From Pseudomonadota bacterium (GTDB lineage: Bacteria; Pseudomonadota; Gammaproteobacteria; JBCCGL01): DNA of 64,000 nt. The DNA lies in contig JBCCGL010000014.1 in the NCBI GenBank assembly GCA_039029275.1, positions 49,961 to 113,960 on the forward strand, read 5' to 3'. Below the pieces are notes generated by a model, which was given only the letters and a program-made list of their open reading frames with translations, was not told the origin of the DNA and made no database searches. Made by a program: the position numbers and the translations under genes. Shown here piece after piece: positions 28,270-39,368 of the stretch (position 1 is the first letter of the stretch; each line of letters opens with the position of its first letter).

Positions 28270-29271
28270 TTAGCCGATCCCGGTTGCCTCGCGCAGCGAT
28301 TTTAAGAACGGCACACTAATCGCCCGCGCTTTTTCCGCGCCCTGTTGCAGCGCGGTCTCGATTTTTTGCGGTTCTCCCATCAGTTCGTTATAACGTTCGC
28401 GCGGTTCGCTGAGCAGCCCGTTTAAATGTTCGAACACCGTCTGTTTGGCCTCGCCCCAGGCGATTCCGTCGGCGTACGCTTGTCGCATCGCGTTTGCCTG
28501 TGCGTCGTTCGCGAATGCCCGATAAATCTCAAACAATGTATTGCCTTCCGGATCTTTTGGCTCACCGGGTTCAAGCGAGTTGGTCTTGATCTTCATGATC
28601 GATTTGCGGAATTTCTTTTCCGGCTCAAACAGCGGAATTGTATTGTTGTAGCTCTTGCTCATCTTGCGACCGTCGAGCCCCGCGAGCACGGCTGTTTTGT
28701 CATCGACGACGGCCTCTGGCAGTACAAAGTGTTCACCGAAGTGATGGTTAAACCGTTGCGCGATGTCGCGCGCCATTTCCAAATGCTGAATTTGATCGCG
28801 GCCGACCGGCACCTTGTGCGCTTTGAACATCAAAATGTCGGCGCTCATCAATATGGGGTAGCTGAAGAGACCCATCGTGATGCCTTTGTCCGGGTCGGCT
28901 TCGCCTTGCTCCACGTTTTCCTGCACAACAGCTTTATACGCGTGCGCGCGATTCATTAATCCCTTGGCTGTCATGCAGGTGAGTAACCAGGTCAGCTCCA
29001 TGATTTCAGGAATATCGGACTGGCGATAGAAGGTGACTCGATCCGGGTCGAGTCCAAGCGCTAACCACGTTGCTGCAATCTCGATGCGGGACTGGTGAAC
29101 CTGCGCCGGGTCGTGACACTTGATCAGCGCGTGGTAATCGGCGAGAAAGTAGAACGCGTCGATATCATTATTGAGACTCGCATCGATGGCGGGTCTGATC
29201 GCGCCGGCGTAATTACCGAGATGCGGGGTTCCGGTGGTGGTGATGCCGGTCAGGTAGACGTTTTTATTCAA
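28270..29271 (-). CDS. trpS: tryptophanyl-tRNA synthetase
   Basis: HLGN (HIGH) motif, VPVGRDQ.QHLE, KMSKS; probable TTG start at 29271. Confidence 0.95.
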   Translation of the reverse strand: MNKNVYLTGITTTGTPHLGNYAGAIRPAIDASLNNDIDAFYFLADYHALIKCHDPAQVHQSRIEIAATWLALGLDPDRVTFYRQSDIPEIMELTWLLTCMTAKGLMNRAHAYKAVVQENVEQGEADPDKGITMGLFSYPILMSADILMFKAHKVPVGRDQIQHLEMARDIAQRFNHHFGEHFVLPEAVVDDKTAVLAGLDGRKMSKSYNNTIPLFEPEKKFRKSIMKIKTNSLEPGEPKDPEGNTLFEIYRAFANDAQANAMRQAYADGIAWGEAKQTVFEHLNGLLSEPRERYNELMGEPQKIETALQQGAEKARAISVPFLKSLREATGIG

Positions 29272-29500
29272 TGAACGGTCCAATAATCGAGCGTTTTTCG
29301 CTCTGAAAAACGACAAAACTGCCCAGTATACGCACCGGGTTGAGCAGAAACAAAAGATTAGCATTCGAATTTGGTAAGTTTACTTCGTTGCAATCTTGGA
29401 TATGATCGGGCATACACGTAGATGCTGTTTGCCAACACTAACAACAATCAGCGAGGGGCTACGAAATCTACTCTTAAATTTATAACGAAAAGTTAAAACG

Positions 29501-30757
29501 ATGAAAAATACCCTACCTATTGTTTTGATCACGTCAGTTTGTGCGGTATCGATCGCGCACGCTGGCGGATATCGGGTTTCTTTACAAGGCCAGAAAGCGC
29601 AAGGCATGGCGCACGCAGGCGTGGCGATGAGCGAAAGTGCGGAAGCCGTATTTTTTAACCCCGGCGCAATGACCGATATCGACAAAGGCGAATTCACCGG
29701 TAGCCTAAACGCTACTCTTGGTACATCGGTGTATCAAAATGAGGATACCGGCGCCAGCGCAGAAACCGACAGCCCGCTTGGCACACCGCTGAACGCGTAC
29801 TTCTCCCAACCGATCAGCGATGATCTTTCATGGGGCGTCGGCGTTTATACGCCCTACGGCAGCTCGGTCGAGTGGGAGAAAGACTGGGCCGGTTCGCATC
29901 TGGTTAACGATATTTCTCTGGCGGCGGTTTTTATACAGCCGACCTTGAGCTATCGCATTAACGAGTCATTCAGCGTGGGTTTCGGCCCCGCATACGTCAC
30001 CGGCGGCGTCGAATTTAACCGTAATATTTCCACAAGTCTGGTAGACGAAAACGGCGACCGCGCCAATGTCACGCTGGACGCATCGGGTGTCGACGCCTGG
30101 GGTTACAACATAGGCCTTCTCTACAAACTGAGCGATAAAACGCAATTTGGGGTGAATTATCGAGGAGAAGTGACGCTTGAAGCGCGAGGTGAATCAGCGG
30201 AATTTGACAATATTCCGACATCGCTGCAGGCCGCGTTTCCGGACACGACGTTCGACGCCGATCTCGTTCTACCTGCGGAGCTGACCATCGGCGTAAGCCA
30301 TCGTGCCACAGACAAGATGACTGTCGCGATCGATGTAAACCGCACCTACTGGGATGCTTACGAAGAGTTACGTATCGAATTCGATGCGCCCAGTGTTCCG
30401 ACCTCGGTCAATCCACGCAACTACCACGACTCCAACATCGTTCGTTTTGGCATGCAGTACGACTACAACGACTCGTGGACGCATCGCGCGGGTATTTACT
30501 TCGACAGCTCACCGATCAGCGACGGCTTTTTTGCCCCTGAAACACCGCGCAACGATTCAATTGGTTACACCTATGGTACGACCTACCGACAAAGTGACAA
30601 GCTATCGTTCGATTTTTCCCTTCTGTACCTGACGTTTAGCGAAATCGATAACTCGTACGACTTCTTCGTGGACAGCGGTGGTGTGACACAACCTTTTTCC
30701 GGTACCTACAAAACTAACGCCTACAACGTTGGTTTCGGCCTCACTTACGCGTACTAA
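29501..30757 (+). CDS. OmpP1/FadL family outer-membrane long-chain fatty acid transporter
   Basis: Signal peptide, FFNPG hatch motif, YTPYG, PAEL, terminal aromatic residue. Confidence 0.88.
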   Translation: MKNTLPIVLITSVCAVSIAHAGGYRVSLQGQKAQGMAHAGVAMSESAEAVFFNPGAMTDIDKGEFTGSLNATLGTSVYQNEDTGASAETDSPLGTPLNAYFSQPISDDLSWGVGVYTPYGSSVEWEKDWAGSHLVNDISLAAVFIQPTLSYRINESFSVGFGPAYVTGGVEFNRNISTSLVDENGDRANVTLDASGVDAWGYNIGLLYKLSDKTQFGVNYRGEVTLEARGESAEFDNIPTSLQAAFPDTTFDADLVLPAELTIGVSHRATDKMTVAIDVNRTYWDAYEELRIEFDAPSVPTSVNPRNYHDSNIVRFGMQYDYNDSWTHRAGIYFDSSPISDGFFAPETPRNDSIGYTYGTTYRQSDKLSFDFSLLYLTFSEIDNSYDFFVDSGGVTQPFSGTYKTNAYNVGFGLTYAY

Positions 30758-30762
30758 AAAAC

Positions 30763-32265
30763 ATGAATATTCAAAACGACAAACGCCAAAGCTTCAAAAA
30801 AATTGGTCTCGTATTCGCTGTTGCTGCAGCGATTGGCCTCACCGGCTGCGATCCTGAATTCTCAAACTCGGTAGATGACACGTCACAGTTCAGTGCGGGC
30901 GATGCTGACTTTGCCCGCTTCGTCGCGGTCGGTGATTCACTCACCGCGGGTTTTGCAGACAGCGCGCTCTACATCCACGGCCAACAGAATTCCTACCCGG
31001 CGATTCTGGCACAACAGTTTGCACTGGTTGGCGGAGGCGCATTCACTCAACCCCTGATGAATGACAATCTCGGTGGTTTGTTGTTAGGCGGAAATCCGAT
31101 CGCGGCCACGCGACTTGTGCTAACCGGCCCGTCTCCGGACGCACTTTCGCCCGCACCGATTTCCGGTGTACCGACGACAGAAGTACAAGATGTCTTGAAT
31201 GGTACCTTCAACAACATGGGCGTACCGGGTGCAAAATCTTTCCACCTTGGATTTGTCGGCTACGGTGACGTTGCTGGGGTCGCCGGCGGCACAGCCAACC
31301 CGTACTACGCTAGGATGGCGATGAGCTCGGTGTCGACCATGATCGCTGATGCCGCGAATCAAGGCCCCTCGTTTTTTATCCTCTGGATTGGTAACAACGA
31401 TACGCTGAGCTACGCGACCACCGGAGGCATCGGTGTCGACCAGCTCGGCAATCTGGATCCGACGACCTACGGTAGCAACGATTTAACTGATCCATCGGTA
31501 TTCGCTAGCGTCTTTTCGCAGTACGTTACCGCGCTGACTGCAGCGGGTGGTAAAGGCATATTAATCACCCTGCCCGATGTCACGTCCATTCCATATTTCA
31601 CAACGGTTCCGTTCAACGCGATCCCCATGGATCAGGCCACGGCCGATGCGTCCAACGCCGCGTATGTGGCCTACAACGGGGGTCTTCAGGTTTCGGGTAT
31701 TCCGGCAGCCGAAGTCGCACAGCGCACTATCAACTTCGTCGCGGGACAAAATGCCGTAGTCATCGAAGACGAAACACTGACCGATCTCACCGGAGGTGGT
31801 TTGCCTTCGATCCGACAGGCCACGGCTGACGACTTGATCGTTCTGCCGGCGTCGGCCACGATTGGCACGCTGGCGGATCCGATGAATCCGGCTTCCGTTA
31901 TCGGCGTTGGTGTCGCGCTGGGAGACGGTGATGTGTTGACCGCGAGTGAAATCGCGTTGGTTGCGGCGGCGAATACCGCTTACAACACGACGATTGCCGG
32001 TATCGCGGCGGGCAACCCCGATCTGGTGCTGTTCGACGCCGCAGCGATCTTTGCTGACATCGCGGTAAACGGTATCGACTACGGTTCAGGTATCGCCACG
32101 ACAACATTTGCAACAGGAGGTTTGTTCTCGCTTGACGGTGTGCACCCGACCGCTCGCGGGTATGCGATTCTCTCGAATCTCATCATGGAAACGATTGAAA
32201 ATGAGTTTGGCGCAGTCTTGCAACGCGTTGACCCGGGGGCTTATACCACCACGTTTGTTGAGTAA
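30763..32265 (+). CDS. GDSL/SGNH family lipolytic lipoprotein
   Basis: Lipobox-like LTGC, GDSLTAG, NMGVPG, WIGNND, DGVHP. Confidence 0.88.
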   Translation: MNIQNDKRQSFKKIGLVFAVAAAIGLTGCDPEFSNSVDDTSQFSAGDADFARFVAVGDSLTAGFADSALYIHGQQNSYPAILAQQFALVGGGAFTQPLMNDNLGGLLLGGNPIAATRLVLTGPSPDALSPAPISGVPTTEVQDVLNGTFNNMGVPGAKSFHLGFVGYGDVAGVAGGTANPYYARMAMSSVSTMIADAANQGPSFFILWIGNNDTLSYATTGGIGVDQLGNLDPTTYGSNDLTDPSVFASVFSQYVTALTAAGGKGILITLPDVTSIPYFTTVPFNAIPMDQATADASNAAYVAYNGGLQVSGIPAAEVAQRTINFVAGQNAVVIEDETLTDLTGGGLPSIRQATADDLIVLPASATIGTLADPMNPASVIGVGVALGDGDVLTASEIALVAAANTAYNTTIAGIAAGNPDLVLFDAAAIFADIAVNGIDYGSGIATTTFATGGLFSLDGVHPTARGYAILSNLIMETIENEFGAVLQRVDPGAYTTTFVE

Positions 32266-32314
32266 GCGTCGCCGCTTGCGTAACACGCGCTTATTTATCA
32301 ATTCTCACGCAGTG

Positions 32315-32344
32315 CGCGCTGGCTTAATGCCAGCGCGTTTGTTT
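32315..32344 (+). terminator. putative intrinsic terminator
   Basis: 9-bp stem CGCGCTGGC-TTAAT-GCCAGCGCG followed by TTTGTTT, downstream of the GDSL gene. Confidence 0.6.
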
Positions 32345-32421
32345 AATTAAGCGGGTACTCAATCACAGAGAAACAAAGACAAAGCGTTTGTCTTGATAAG
32401 AACGCGTCCGCGAAACCACGG

Positions 32422-34083
32422 TCACTTTGCTGGCGCCTGTTGCTGCAGAAAATCTTTTCGCTTTTTTTGTTCAGCTTCGAGCTCCGCCTCATCCCAGTAG
32501 CCGATGATAATGCCCTCATCAAGCGTCGAATCGTAAACCTGTAAAGCATCATCAAAGGATTCGATAAACTCATTGCTCAGCGTAGTGCGTGTTGGCGGGT
32601 TTATCGCCCAGCTAAACAGCAGTTCTTTCATGCGGTTTAATTGATTTTGAAACTCGGGATTTTCGGCCAGATTGTCGAACTCGTTTGGATCGCTTTCCAG
32701 ATCAAACAGCAGGGGTGGCAGATTGATCGAGTGGATCATTTTCCAGCGGCCGTCGAACACGATAAATATCCTCGCATCCCTGGCGCTGACGCCGACCGCT
32801 AACCGCGCCGGGTCAAATGAGTAGTCGTATTCAGAAAAAACGGCTTCGCGCCATTCGCTGGGTTTGTCACCGCGCAGCAGCGGTGTCAGCGATCGACCCT
32901 CCAGAATATGCGTAGCGGGTTTTCCGCCGAAAAAGTCGACAAGCGTTGGCGCGACATCGATTAGCTCGACCAGCTCATCGCTCGCGCAGCCGCGTGACTG
33001 GTCTGCCTCTGGACTTGGGTCATAAACGATAAGCGGAATTCGCATGGACTGTTCGTGGTAAAGGTACTTCTCGCCCAACCAGTGATCGCCCAGATATTCG
33101 CCGTGGTCAGACGAAAAAATGATCATAGTCGAATCCCACAATCCGTTTTCTTTTAAAAAGCTGAACAGCAGGCCGAGTTGATCATCGATTTGCTTGATCA
33201 GGCCCATGTAGGCCGGAATGACTCGTTCCCTTACTTCGTCGCGCGAAAAGTTTTTTGAAAACTTCATGTCCATAAACGCGCGATTGAGCGGGTGGGGCGA
33301 TTGCCTTTCCGACTCGTCGCGCACCACTGGCAACAGGTGCTCGGTGCAATACATATCGTGATAAGGAGCGGAAACCATATAAGGCCAGTGTGGCTTGATA
33401 TACGACAGGTGCATCGACCACGGCCGTCCGTCTGCTTTTGCCTCGCGAATAAAATCCATCGCCCGTCGTGTCATATAGGGGGTTTCGGCGTGCTCGTTGG
33501 GGATGCGCGCGGGTTTGTCCGCGTGGGCCCAAAGCCAGCCGTTTAATATTTCGCCGTTGGGGCCTTCCGCAGAATTGGCCCAGTGCTCCCAGGGGTTGTC
33601 CGCTTCAAATCCGTTTGCGGCCAGATAGGCGTCGTAGTCGGGTGCGGGGTCGTAATCACCGTCGGGATGCAGGCCGTCGTCGCGTTCGTAAACCTCAAAC
33701 CCGCATTGCGCTATGCGCTGTCCAATTTTGGAGTCATGCGGAATGCCTAAGCGATCGAGGCCACGTTTATCTGCGACCATATGCGTTTTACCGACCAGAA
33801 CGTTGCGCACACCGAGCGGTGCGAGGTGATCGCCCAATGTGAGTTCGCCCGCATTGAGCGGGACCCCGTTCCAGGTTGAGCCGTGGCTTCGCATATACCG
33901 GCCCGTGTACGCCGACATTCGCGACGGCCCGCACACCGTTGATTGGACGTAAGCGCGGTTGAACTTCACGCCTTGTTCAGCGAGCGAGTCAATATTGGGC
34001 GTATGAAGATGGGGGTGACCGTAGCAGCTCAGGTAGTCCCAGCGCAGCTGATCACACATGATCCAGATGGCGTTTTTTTGCAT
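32422..34083 (-). CDS. sulfatase / phosphonate monoester hydrolase family enzyme
   Basis: CGPSRMSAYTG formylglycine motif, DQLR, KPHWPY, SDHG.YLGDH. Confidence 0.9.
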   Translation of the reverse strand: MQKNAIWIMCDQLRWDYLSCYGHPHLHTPNIDSLAEQGVKFNRAYVQSTVCGPSRMSAYTGRYMRSHGSTWNGVPLNAGELTLGDHLAPLGVRNVLVGKTHMVADKRGLDRLGIPHDSKIGQRIAQCGFEVYERDDGLHPDGDYDPAPDYDAYLAANGFEADNPWEHWANSAEGPNGEILNGWLWAHADKPARIPNEHAETPYMTRRAMDFIREAKADGRPWSMHLSYIKPHWPYMVSAPYHDMYCTEHLLPVVRDESERQSPHPLNRAFMDMKFSKNFSRDEVRERVIPAYMGLIKQIDDQLGLLFSFLKENGLWDSTMIIFSSDHGEYLGDHWLGEKYLYHEQSMRIPLIVYDPSPEADQSRGCASDELVELIDVAPTLVDFFGGKPATHILEGRSLTPLLRGDKPSEWREAVFSEYDYSFDPARLAVGVSARDARIFIVFDGRWKMIHSINLPPLLFDLESDPNEFDNLAENPEFQNQLNRMKELLFSWAINPPTRTTLSNEFIESFDDALQVYDSTLDEGIIIGYWDEAELEAEQKKRKDFLQQQAPAK

Positions 34084-34170
34084 GATAAGTCCAGTGTGAT
34101 CGGTATTAATTGAGCCGTCAAATCACTAAAAAAATAAAAGCTGTCAGCGTAACGTACAGCTCAATTTTGT

Positions 34171-35055
34171 TTAAACATTGGATGCGTTTATCCCGCAAAT
34201 CCAGTCAAAAAATTGCCTGGCTGCTGTTTTGTTTTTTGCATACGGCATTAGACATGCGAAGTAGCCACGCGATGTGCGCAATCGATGATCACACGCGTAG
34301 ACGAGCTTTCCGTCGTCGATTAAGTCGTCGAGCAGTCCGGTCCATCCGAGCATTACGCCTTGCCCGCTGAGCGCCGCTTGCAGGTACACCATAAAACTGT
34401 TGTAGCGCGCGGTGATTGCGTCAACCGGGTGTGCAGTGGTCTTGCCAAAAAACGTTTCCCAGTCATCAAGGTGTGATGGATTGTTCAGGAGTAACAGTTT
34501 TTCGTGCGCCAGTTGTTTGAGTGAAAACGCGCTTCGGTTATCAAGATAATCCGGACTGCAAACTGCAATCATGTTCTCCTGCATGATTCGCGCACTGTGT
34601 GCGCTCGGAAGCGAGTTCGGATCGCCAAATAGAAGAATGACATCGCCTTGCGTTTGGTCCTATGCGCGACTGAGATCGCGCGTGTGAAGCTCGATATCGA
34701 CGTCAGGAAAGCGTGCAGCAAAATCCGGCAGCCGTCGCATCAAATAGCAACTGGCGAGTCCAATGGTTGCATTTACATGCAGTTTTTGCGCGTGCGATTT
34801 CGCGCGCAGCTCAGCTACCGCTGACTGGATTTGTCCCAATCCAGCGCTGACCGCGCGATGCAGAGCTTCGCCATCGTCTGTAAGCGTCAGTCGAGGTTTG
34901 CTGCGCACAAACAACGGAGTGTTCAAATCATTTTCCAATGCGCTGATCTGCCGGCTCACGGCGGGCTGGAGTAAGCCGAGCTCGTCCGCCGCGCGGGTGA
35001 AATTCAAGTGTCGTGCAGCTGCATCAAAGGTGGCGAGTTGCTTGAGCGTTGACAT
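34171..35055 (-). pseudogene. LysR family regulator interrupted by in-frame TAG at 34660-34662
   Basis: HTH ORF and substrate-binding ORF lie in the same frame: HTRDLSRA*DQTQGDVILLFGD. Confidence 0.85.
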
Positions 35056-35060
35056 TAAAA

Positions 35061-35077
35061 CATTCCATTCAGGAATG
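35061..35077. promoter_or_regulatory. LysR-type palindrome CATTCC-N5-GGAATG
   Basis: Inverted repeat between the divergent LysR and MmgE/PrpD genes. Confidence 0.5.
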
Positions 35078-35159
35078 ATGAATATACCGAAATTCGTTCT
35101 TTTAAATCGCGTGATTTGAATAATAATCGAAAGACACCATTCTCTGGGTGAACAAGGTA

Positions 35160-36542
35160 ATGGGAGCCGAGTCGACCTCAACCATCCGCACGCTGGCCGG
35201 CTTTATCTCGCAATCGGAGTTGGCGCCTTCGCGCGTTGCGCGCGAGCAGATTCGTCTCGCGCTGATCGACACGCTGGGCTGCATTATCGCTGGCAGCCGC
35301 CTGCCCGTGGCAGCCAAGACGCGCACCGCGATTGCCGACGCGATGATGTTTGGCGCGGAAGGGTCGTTTGTTTTCGGGACGAAGAATAGAGCACCGCCAA
35401 TGACGGCGGCCTTTCTTAACGCAACTGCGGGACATGCGCTTGAGTTCGACGATTGGGAGATTCCCGGCAATACACACCCCAGCATTGTTTTATTCCCCGC
35501 GCTTTTGGCAGCATCAGTAAAAGGTGCCAGCGGCAATGCGCTTGTCGACGCGTACACGGCGGGGTTCGAAGTCATCGCGCGTCTGGGTGACGCGATGAAT
35601 TTTGAGCACTACGACAGGGGTTGGCATACGACCATGTCGCTGGGCTGCATTGGGGCCGCGGGTGCGGTCGCGCGTCTTTGGCAATTGCCTCTTGAGCACA
35701 CCGCTAATGCCCTGTCGATAGCCGTCACCCGAGCTTCGGGTTACACCTGCCAGTTTGGCTCAGACGTCAAAGCCTTGCACGCGGGTTTCGCGGCCGAGAT
35801 CGGCGTACAGGCCGCAACGCTCGCGCGCGCGGGCGTTTGCGGCCAGGCCCACGCAATCGATCACCCCAAAGGCTTCGCCGCGTTGCTTGCGCATACCGAC
35901 AAACAGCGCGTCGAAAATGCAATGAAAAAAGTGGGAACGACGCTGGCGATTGACGAGTACGGATTGCTATTCAAACCGTGGCCAAGTTGCGGATATACGC
36001 ATCGACTCATGTGTTGCGCCATTCAACTGCGCCACGAAAAGATCGACCACAAAAGAATTACGGCGATAGAAATGCGCATACCCGACTTTCACGCTGCGAT
36101 CTTGCCGTACCAAAAACCGAGCGATCGTCGTGAGGCACTTTTCAGTTTACCGTTTTGTGTCGCGATGGCCTTACTCGAAGGGCACCTGTCGCCGAATGAC
36201 TTGGCGACGCAAACGTGGAACAGGGACGATGTTCAGGCACTAATATCGGTGTGTTCGCTGAATCCGTTTACACCGCAAAAACCTGAACTCAATTACGACG
36301 CCGAACAGCCCGATCAATTGATACTCACGATGGCAGACGGGCACGCATTCGAGGCGACGTGTGCGTACCCGCTTGGCGCACCGCAGAATCCGATGAGCGC
36401 AGAACAAATCGTCAACAAGTTTTGCGACAACACCGGTTTATCGCGAGACGCACAAATTGTCGCCAGCCTACTCAGTTGGCAACAAAACGATAACGTGTGC
36501 GACATCGTCGCAGTATTGGGAGAACGCAATGGCAAAACGTAG
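35160..36542 (+). CDS. MmgE/PrpD family protein
   Basis: NATAGHALEFDD, THPS, GWH.T, KALHAG, KPWPSCGYTH, G.PQNPM. Confidence 0.9.
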   Translation: MGAESTSTIRTLAGFISQSELAPSRVAREQIRLALIDTLGCIIAGSRLPVAAKTRTAIADAMMFGAEGSFVFGTKNRAPPMTAAFLNATAGHALEFDDWEIPGNTHPSIVLFPALLAASVKGASGNALVDAYTAGFEVIARLGDAMNFEHYDRGWHTTMSLGCIGAAGAVARLWQLPLEHTANALSIAVTRASGYTCQFGSDVKALHAGFAAEIGVQAATLARAGVCGQAHAIDHPKGFAALLAHTDKQRVENAMKKVGTTLAIDEYGLLFKPWPSCGYTHRLMCCAIQLRHEKIDHKRITAIEMRIPDFHAAILPYQKPSDRREALFSLPFCVAMALLEGHLSPNDLATQTWNRDDVQALISVCSLNPFTPQKPELNYDAEQPDQLILTMADGHAFEATCAYPLGAPQNPMSAEQIVNKFCDNTGLSRDAQIVASLLSWQQNDNVCDIVAVLGERNGKT

Positions 36543-38055
36543 CAGCGGCGGTCGTGCCGCGCGACAGGCTGAACGCGCAGGTGGCGCGGGCTCCGGGCCG
36601 ACAGTCGCAATCTAGCCGGGGATTGTTGGCGGGCGATATCAACCGCTGAGCACAAAAGATGTGCAGCGGGTGCATGAAACGGCGCTGCGCATTCTCGAAG
36701 AAATTGGTTTGAAGGGAGCGACGCCGCGATGTATCGAAACGTTCATCAGGCACGGAGCAGAAGTGACGCCCGACGGTCGTTTATTGATGCCCGCAAAGCT
36801 GGTCGAATCTGCGCTCGCAAACGCAGGTCGCAATTTCACGCTGTTTGCGCAAGATCCCGACCATGACCTCGACCCATCCGGTACGCGCATTCACCTCGGT
36901 ACCTCCGGTGCGGCGGTGCACGTGATCGATTCTGAAACACGGGAAGTGCGCGACTCGACCTTACGAGATCTTTACGACATGGCGCGACTTGCCAATGCAC
37001 TGCCCAATATTCATATGTTCCAGCGCACGGTTGTCGCGCGCGATTTGACTGATCCACGCGAAATGGATTTGAACACGATGTACGCGTGTGCTGCGGGTAC
37101 GTCAAAACACGTTGGCAGTAGTTTCACGAGCGCCGACCACATGCGCGACGGGATTGAGATCCTGCATCTCATTGCGGGTGGCGAGGACGCCTGGCGCGCG
37201 CGACCGTTTTTGTGCGTCTCCACGTGTTTTATCGTCCCGCCACTAACTTTCGCAGAAGAAGCTCTGGGTGTGATCGAATGCGCCGCCGATAGTGGAACCC
37301 CGCTCAAACTTGTTTCCGCCGGGCAAGCGGGCGCGACCAGTCCCGTGACCTTGGCGGGTGCGGTCGCTTTGCAAACAGCCGAAGTTGTCGCAGGGCTTGT
37401 ATACGTAAATTTACTCAACCCCGGATTGCCCGCGCTATTTGGCGCGCTGCCATTTGTGTCTGACTTGCGCACCGGCGCAATGTCTGGTGGCAGCGCGGAG
37501 CAGGGGTTGTTGATGGCAGCGTGCGCGCAGATGGCGCAGTTTTACGATATTCCCTGCGCCGTTTCTGCAGGCATGACGGACGCCAAGATGCCCAACTTTC
37601 AGGCCGGCTATGAAAAAGGCGTGACCGAGTTGCTTAGCGCGCTGGCAGGAGCCAATTTGATTTACGAAGCGGCGGGCATGTACGGTTCCTTGCTGGCGTG
37701 TTCCGCGGAGAGTTTTGTTCTCGATAATGACATGATCGGTGGGATTTTACGTGCAACGCGCGGGATCGAAGTCGATGAAGAAACGCTTGCTTTCGATGTG
37801 ATTCGAGACGTATGTATTAACGGCCCCGGACATTTTCTTGGGCACGAGCAAACACTGCATAGGATGCAAAGTGATTACTACTACCCTGAGTTGGCGGATC
37901 GCACTACTCCGCAGGAGTGGCGAGACACCGGTGCGCCGGATTTATTGGAACAGGCAAGGGAGAGGACGAAGGAAATTCTAGCAAGCGAAAAACCGACTCA
38001 CATTGCGTCCAACCTCGATGCGTACATTAGAGAACGTTTTCCCATTCGGTTGTAA
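36529..38055 (+). pseudogene. trimethylamine methyltransferase (MttB superfamily, non-pyrrolysine type) with in-frame TAG at 36613-36615
   Basis: MAKRSSGGRAAR...TVAI*PGIVGGRYQPL continues in frame into the 464-aa ORF (AGATSPVTLAG, SDLRTGAMSGG, GPGHFL). Confidence 0.8.
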
Positions 38056-38135
38056 CCCGTGCCGATAAATTGCCACAGATACTTCGAGTGATATACAGCC
38101 TCGTTTTAATTTATTTGCACTGTTGTTTGTGACTG

Positions 38136-38513
38136 TTACGAAATTTCATCAGTCCGCACGATCAAAAATAGCATTATTAACAAGCCGCTTAAAACCCCGA
38201 TTGAGGAAATGCCAAGAACTGGCCCCAACGACTGTGCGTTGAACTTGCCTGCGAACATCAGATAAAGGCCGATTAGCAAAACCACGGAGCTAGCGTGGTG
38301 GACGTAGAACTGAAGTTGGGCGACGCCACCAGAAGGGTTTCCGAGCCAAAGTTTTTGGCATACTCCGTATATAAATGACAATAAGAATCCCACCAGCATG
38401 ATGTGGGCGTGAGTTACGAATTGACTATGGTCTTTTGATGCAGCCATGTATATGCCGAGTACCAGACCAACGATTGCGTATACAAAAGATGTGACTAGAA
38501 ATTTTTTATCCAT
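38136..38513 (-). CDS. small 4-TM membrane protein
   Basis: GIYMA..DH...THAHI.LVG motif, hydrophobic. Confidence 0.7.
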   Translation of the reverse strand: MDKKFLVTSFVYAIVGLVLGIYMAASKDHSQFVTHAHIMLVGFLLSFIYGVCQKLWLGNPSGGVAQLQFYVHHASSVVLLIGLYLMFAGKFNAQSLGPVLGISSIGVLSGLLIMLFLIVRTDEIS

Positions 38514-38848
38514 CGCTTCACCCTTGGTACGTGTTGAACTTAAACAGCTTAAGTCAGGTTAACACGTCTGCGGGATGTAGACTGCTAGAATACTTTCTCG
38601 TGAGAACTGCGATAGAAAAATATTTTGCGTCGTGCGATGCGTCAAGCGAAACCGGGCTTGAATATCTGGAACGGGCTGCGACAAGACGTTAGCTTTGTGC
38701 GTGACGTCATTATGTATTAAGTTTTGGGGGACTTGGTACAACCGATGCTATTTCAAATTCGGCAATTAGTGGTACGAAAAACGCAAATACTTCAGTCATC
38801 GCAAAAAGGGTTTGGCGAATTCATCTGTTTCAAAATCGAATCGAATTT

Positions 38849-39220
38849 TTACGCAATTTTCAAAAACTTTCCTGCTCTAACTCTATTCGGTAAACACGTT
38901 TCCGTCATCACCATACACGGTGTAAGCTTGTCGGCGTAACCGATGTCAAAAAGCATCCCCTGCGAAATCTCACCTGCCATTTTTCGCTCAGGCAAATTAA
39001 CCACAAATAGTGCCTGTTTACCTTCGATCTCGTCAGGATTATCCCGTTCTTGTTTTATGCCGCTGAGAATCGAGCGGGCATGATCGCCAAAGTCCACGCT
39101 CAGCTTCATCAATTTGTTTGATTTCTCCACTTCCTACACATGCATAATTGTTCCAACCCGAATATCCAGTTTTTCCAAATCCGCAAACTCAACTAAATCG
39201 TTTATGGGTGCTTGCTTCAT
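38849..39220 (-). pseudogene. tRNA-binding (Trbp111/CsaA-like) protein with in-frame TAG at 39134-39136
   Basis: LEKLDIRVGTIMHV*EVEKSNKLMKL.VDFG...VVNLPERKMAG..SQGML. Confidence 0.85.
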
Positions 39221-39368
39221 ATATGATGATTTTCAAATAATCGCTAATCTGGGTTAAGTCAGATTTTTGGCAACTATTGTTGATACTGGTGATTGATGAA
39301 TCAGTAATTGTCACACACTAACCCTGATTTTTCTGCGAAAGTCAAAATTACAGACCTCGAAAACACTG

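Noticed and set aside
36613-36615. TAG in the mttB-family gene as a pyrrolysine codon
   Set aside because: It is codon 29, far from the known internal Pyl position; no pyl genes in the window; neighbouring genes also carry nonsense lesions
38513-38850. Intergenic stretch as a further attC site, or the small ORFs 38559-38741 and 38724-38939
   Set aside because: Core sites deviate from RYYYAAC/GTTRRRY with no convincing arms, and the ORFs have no recognisable features
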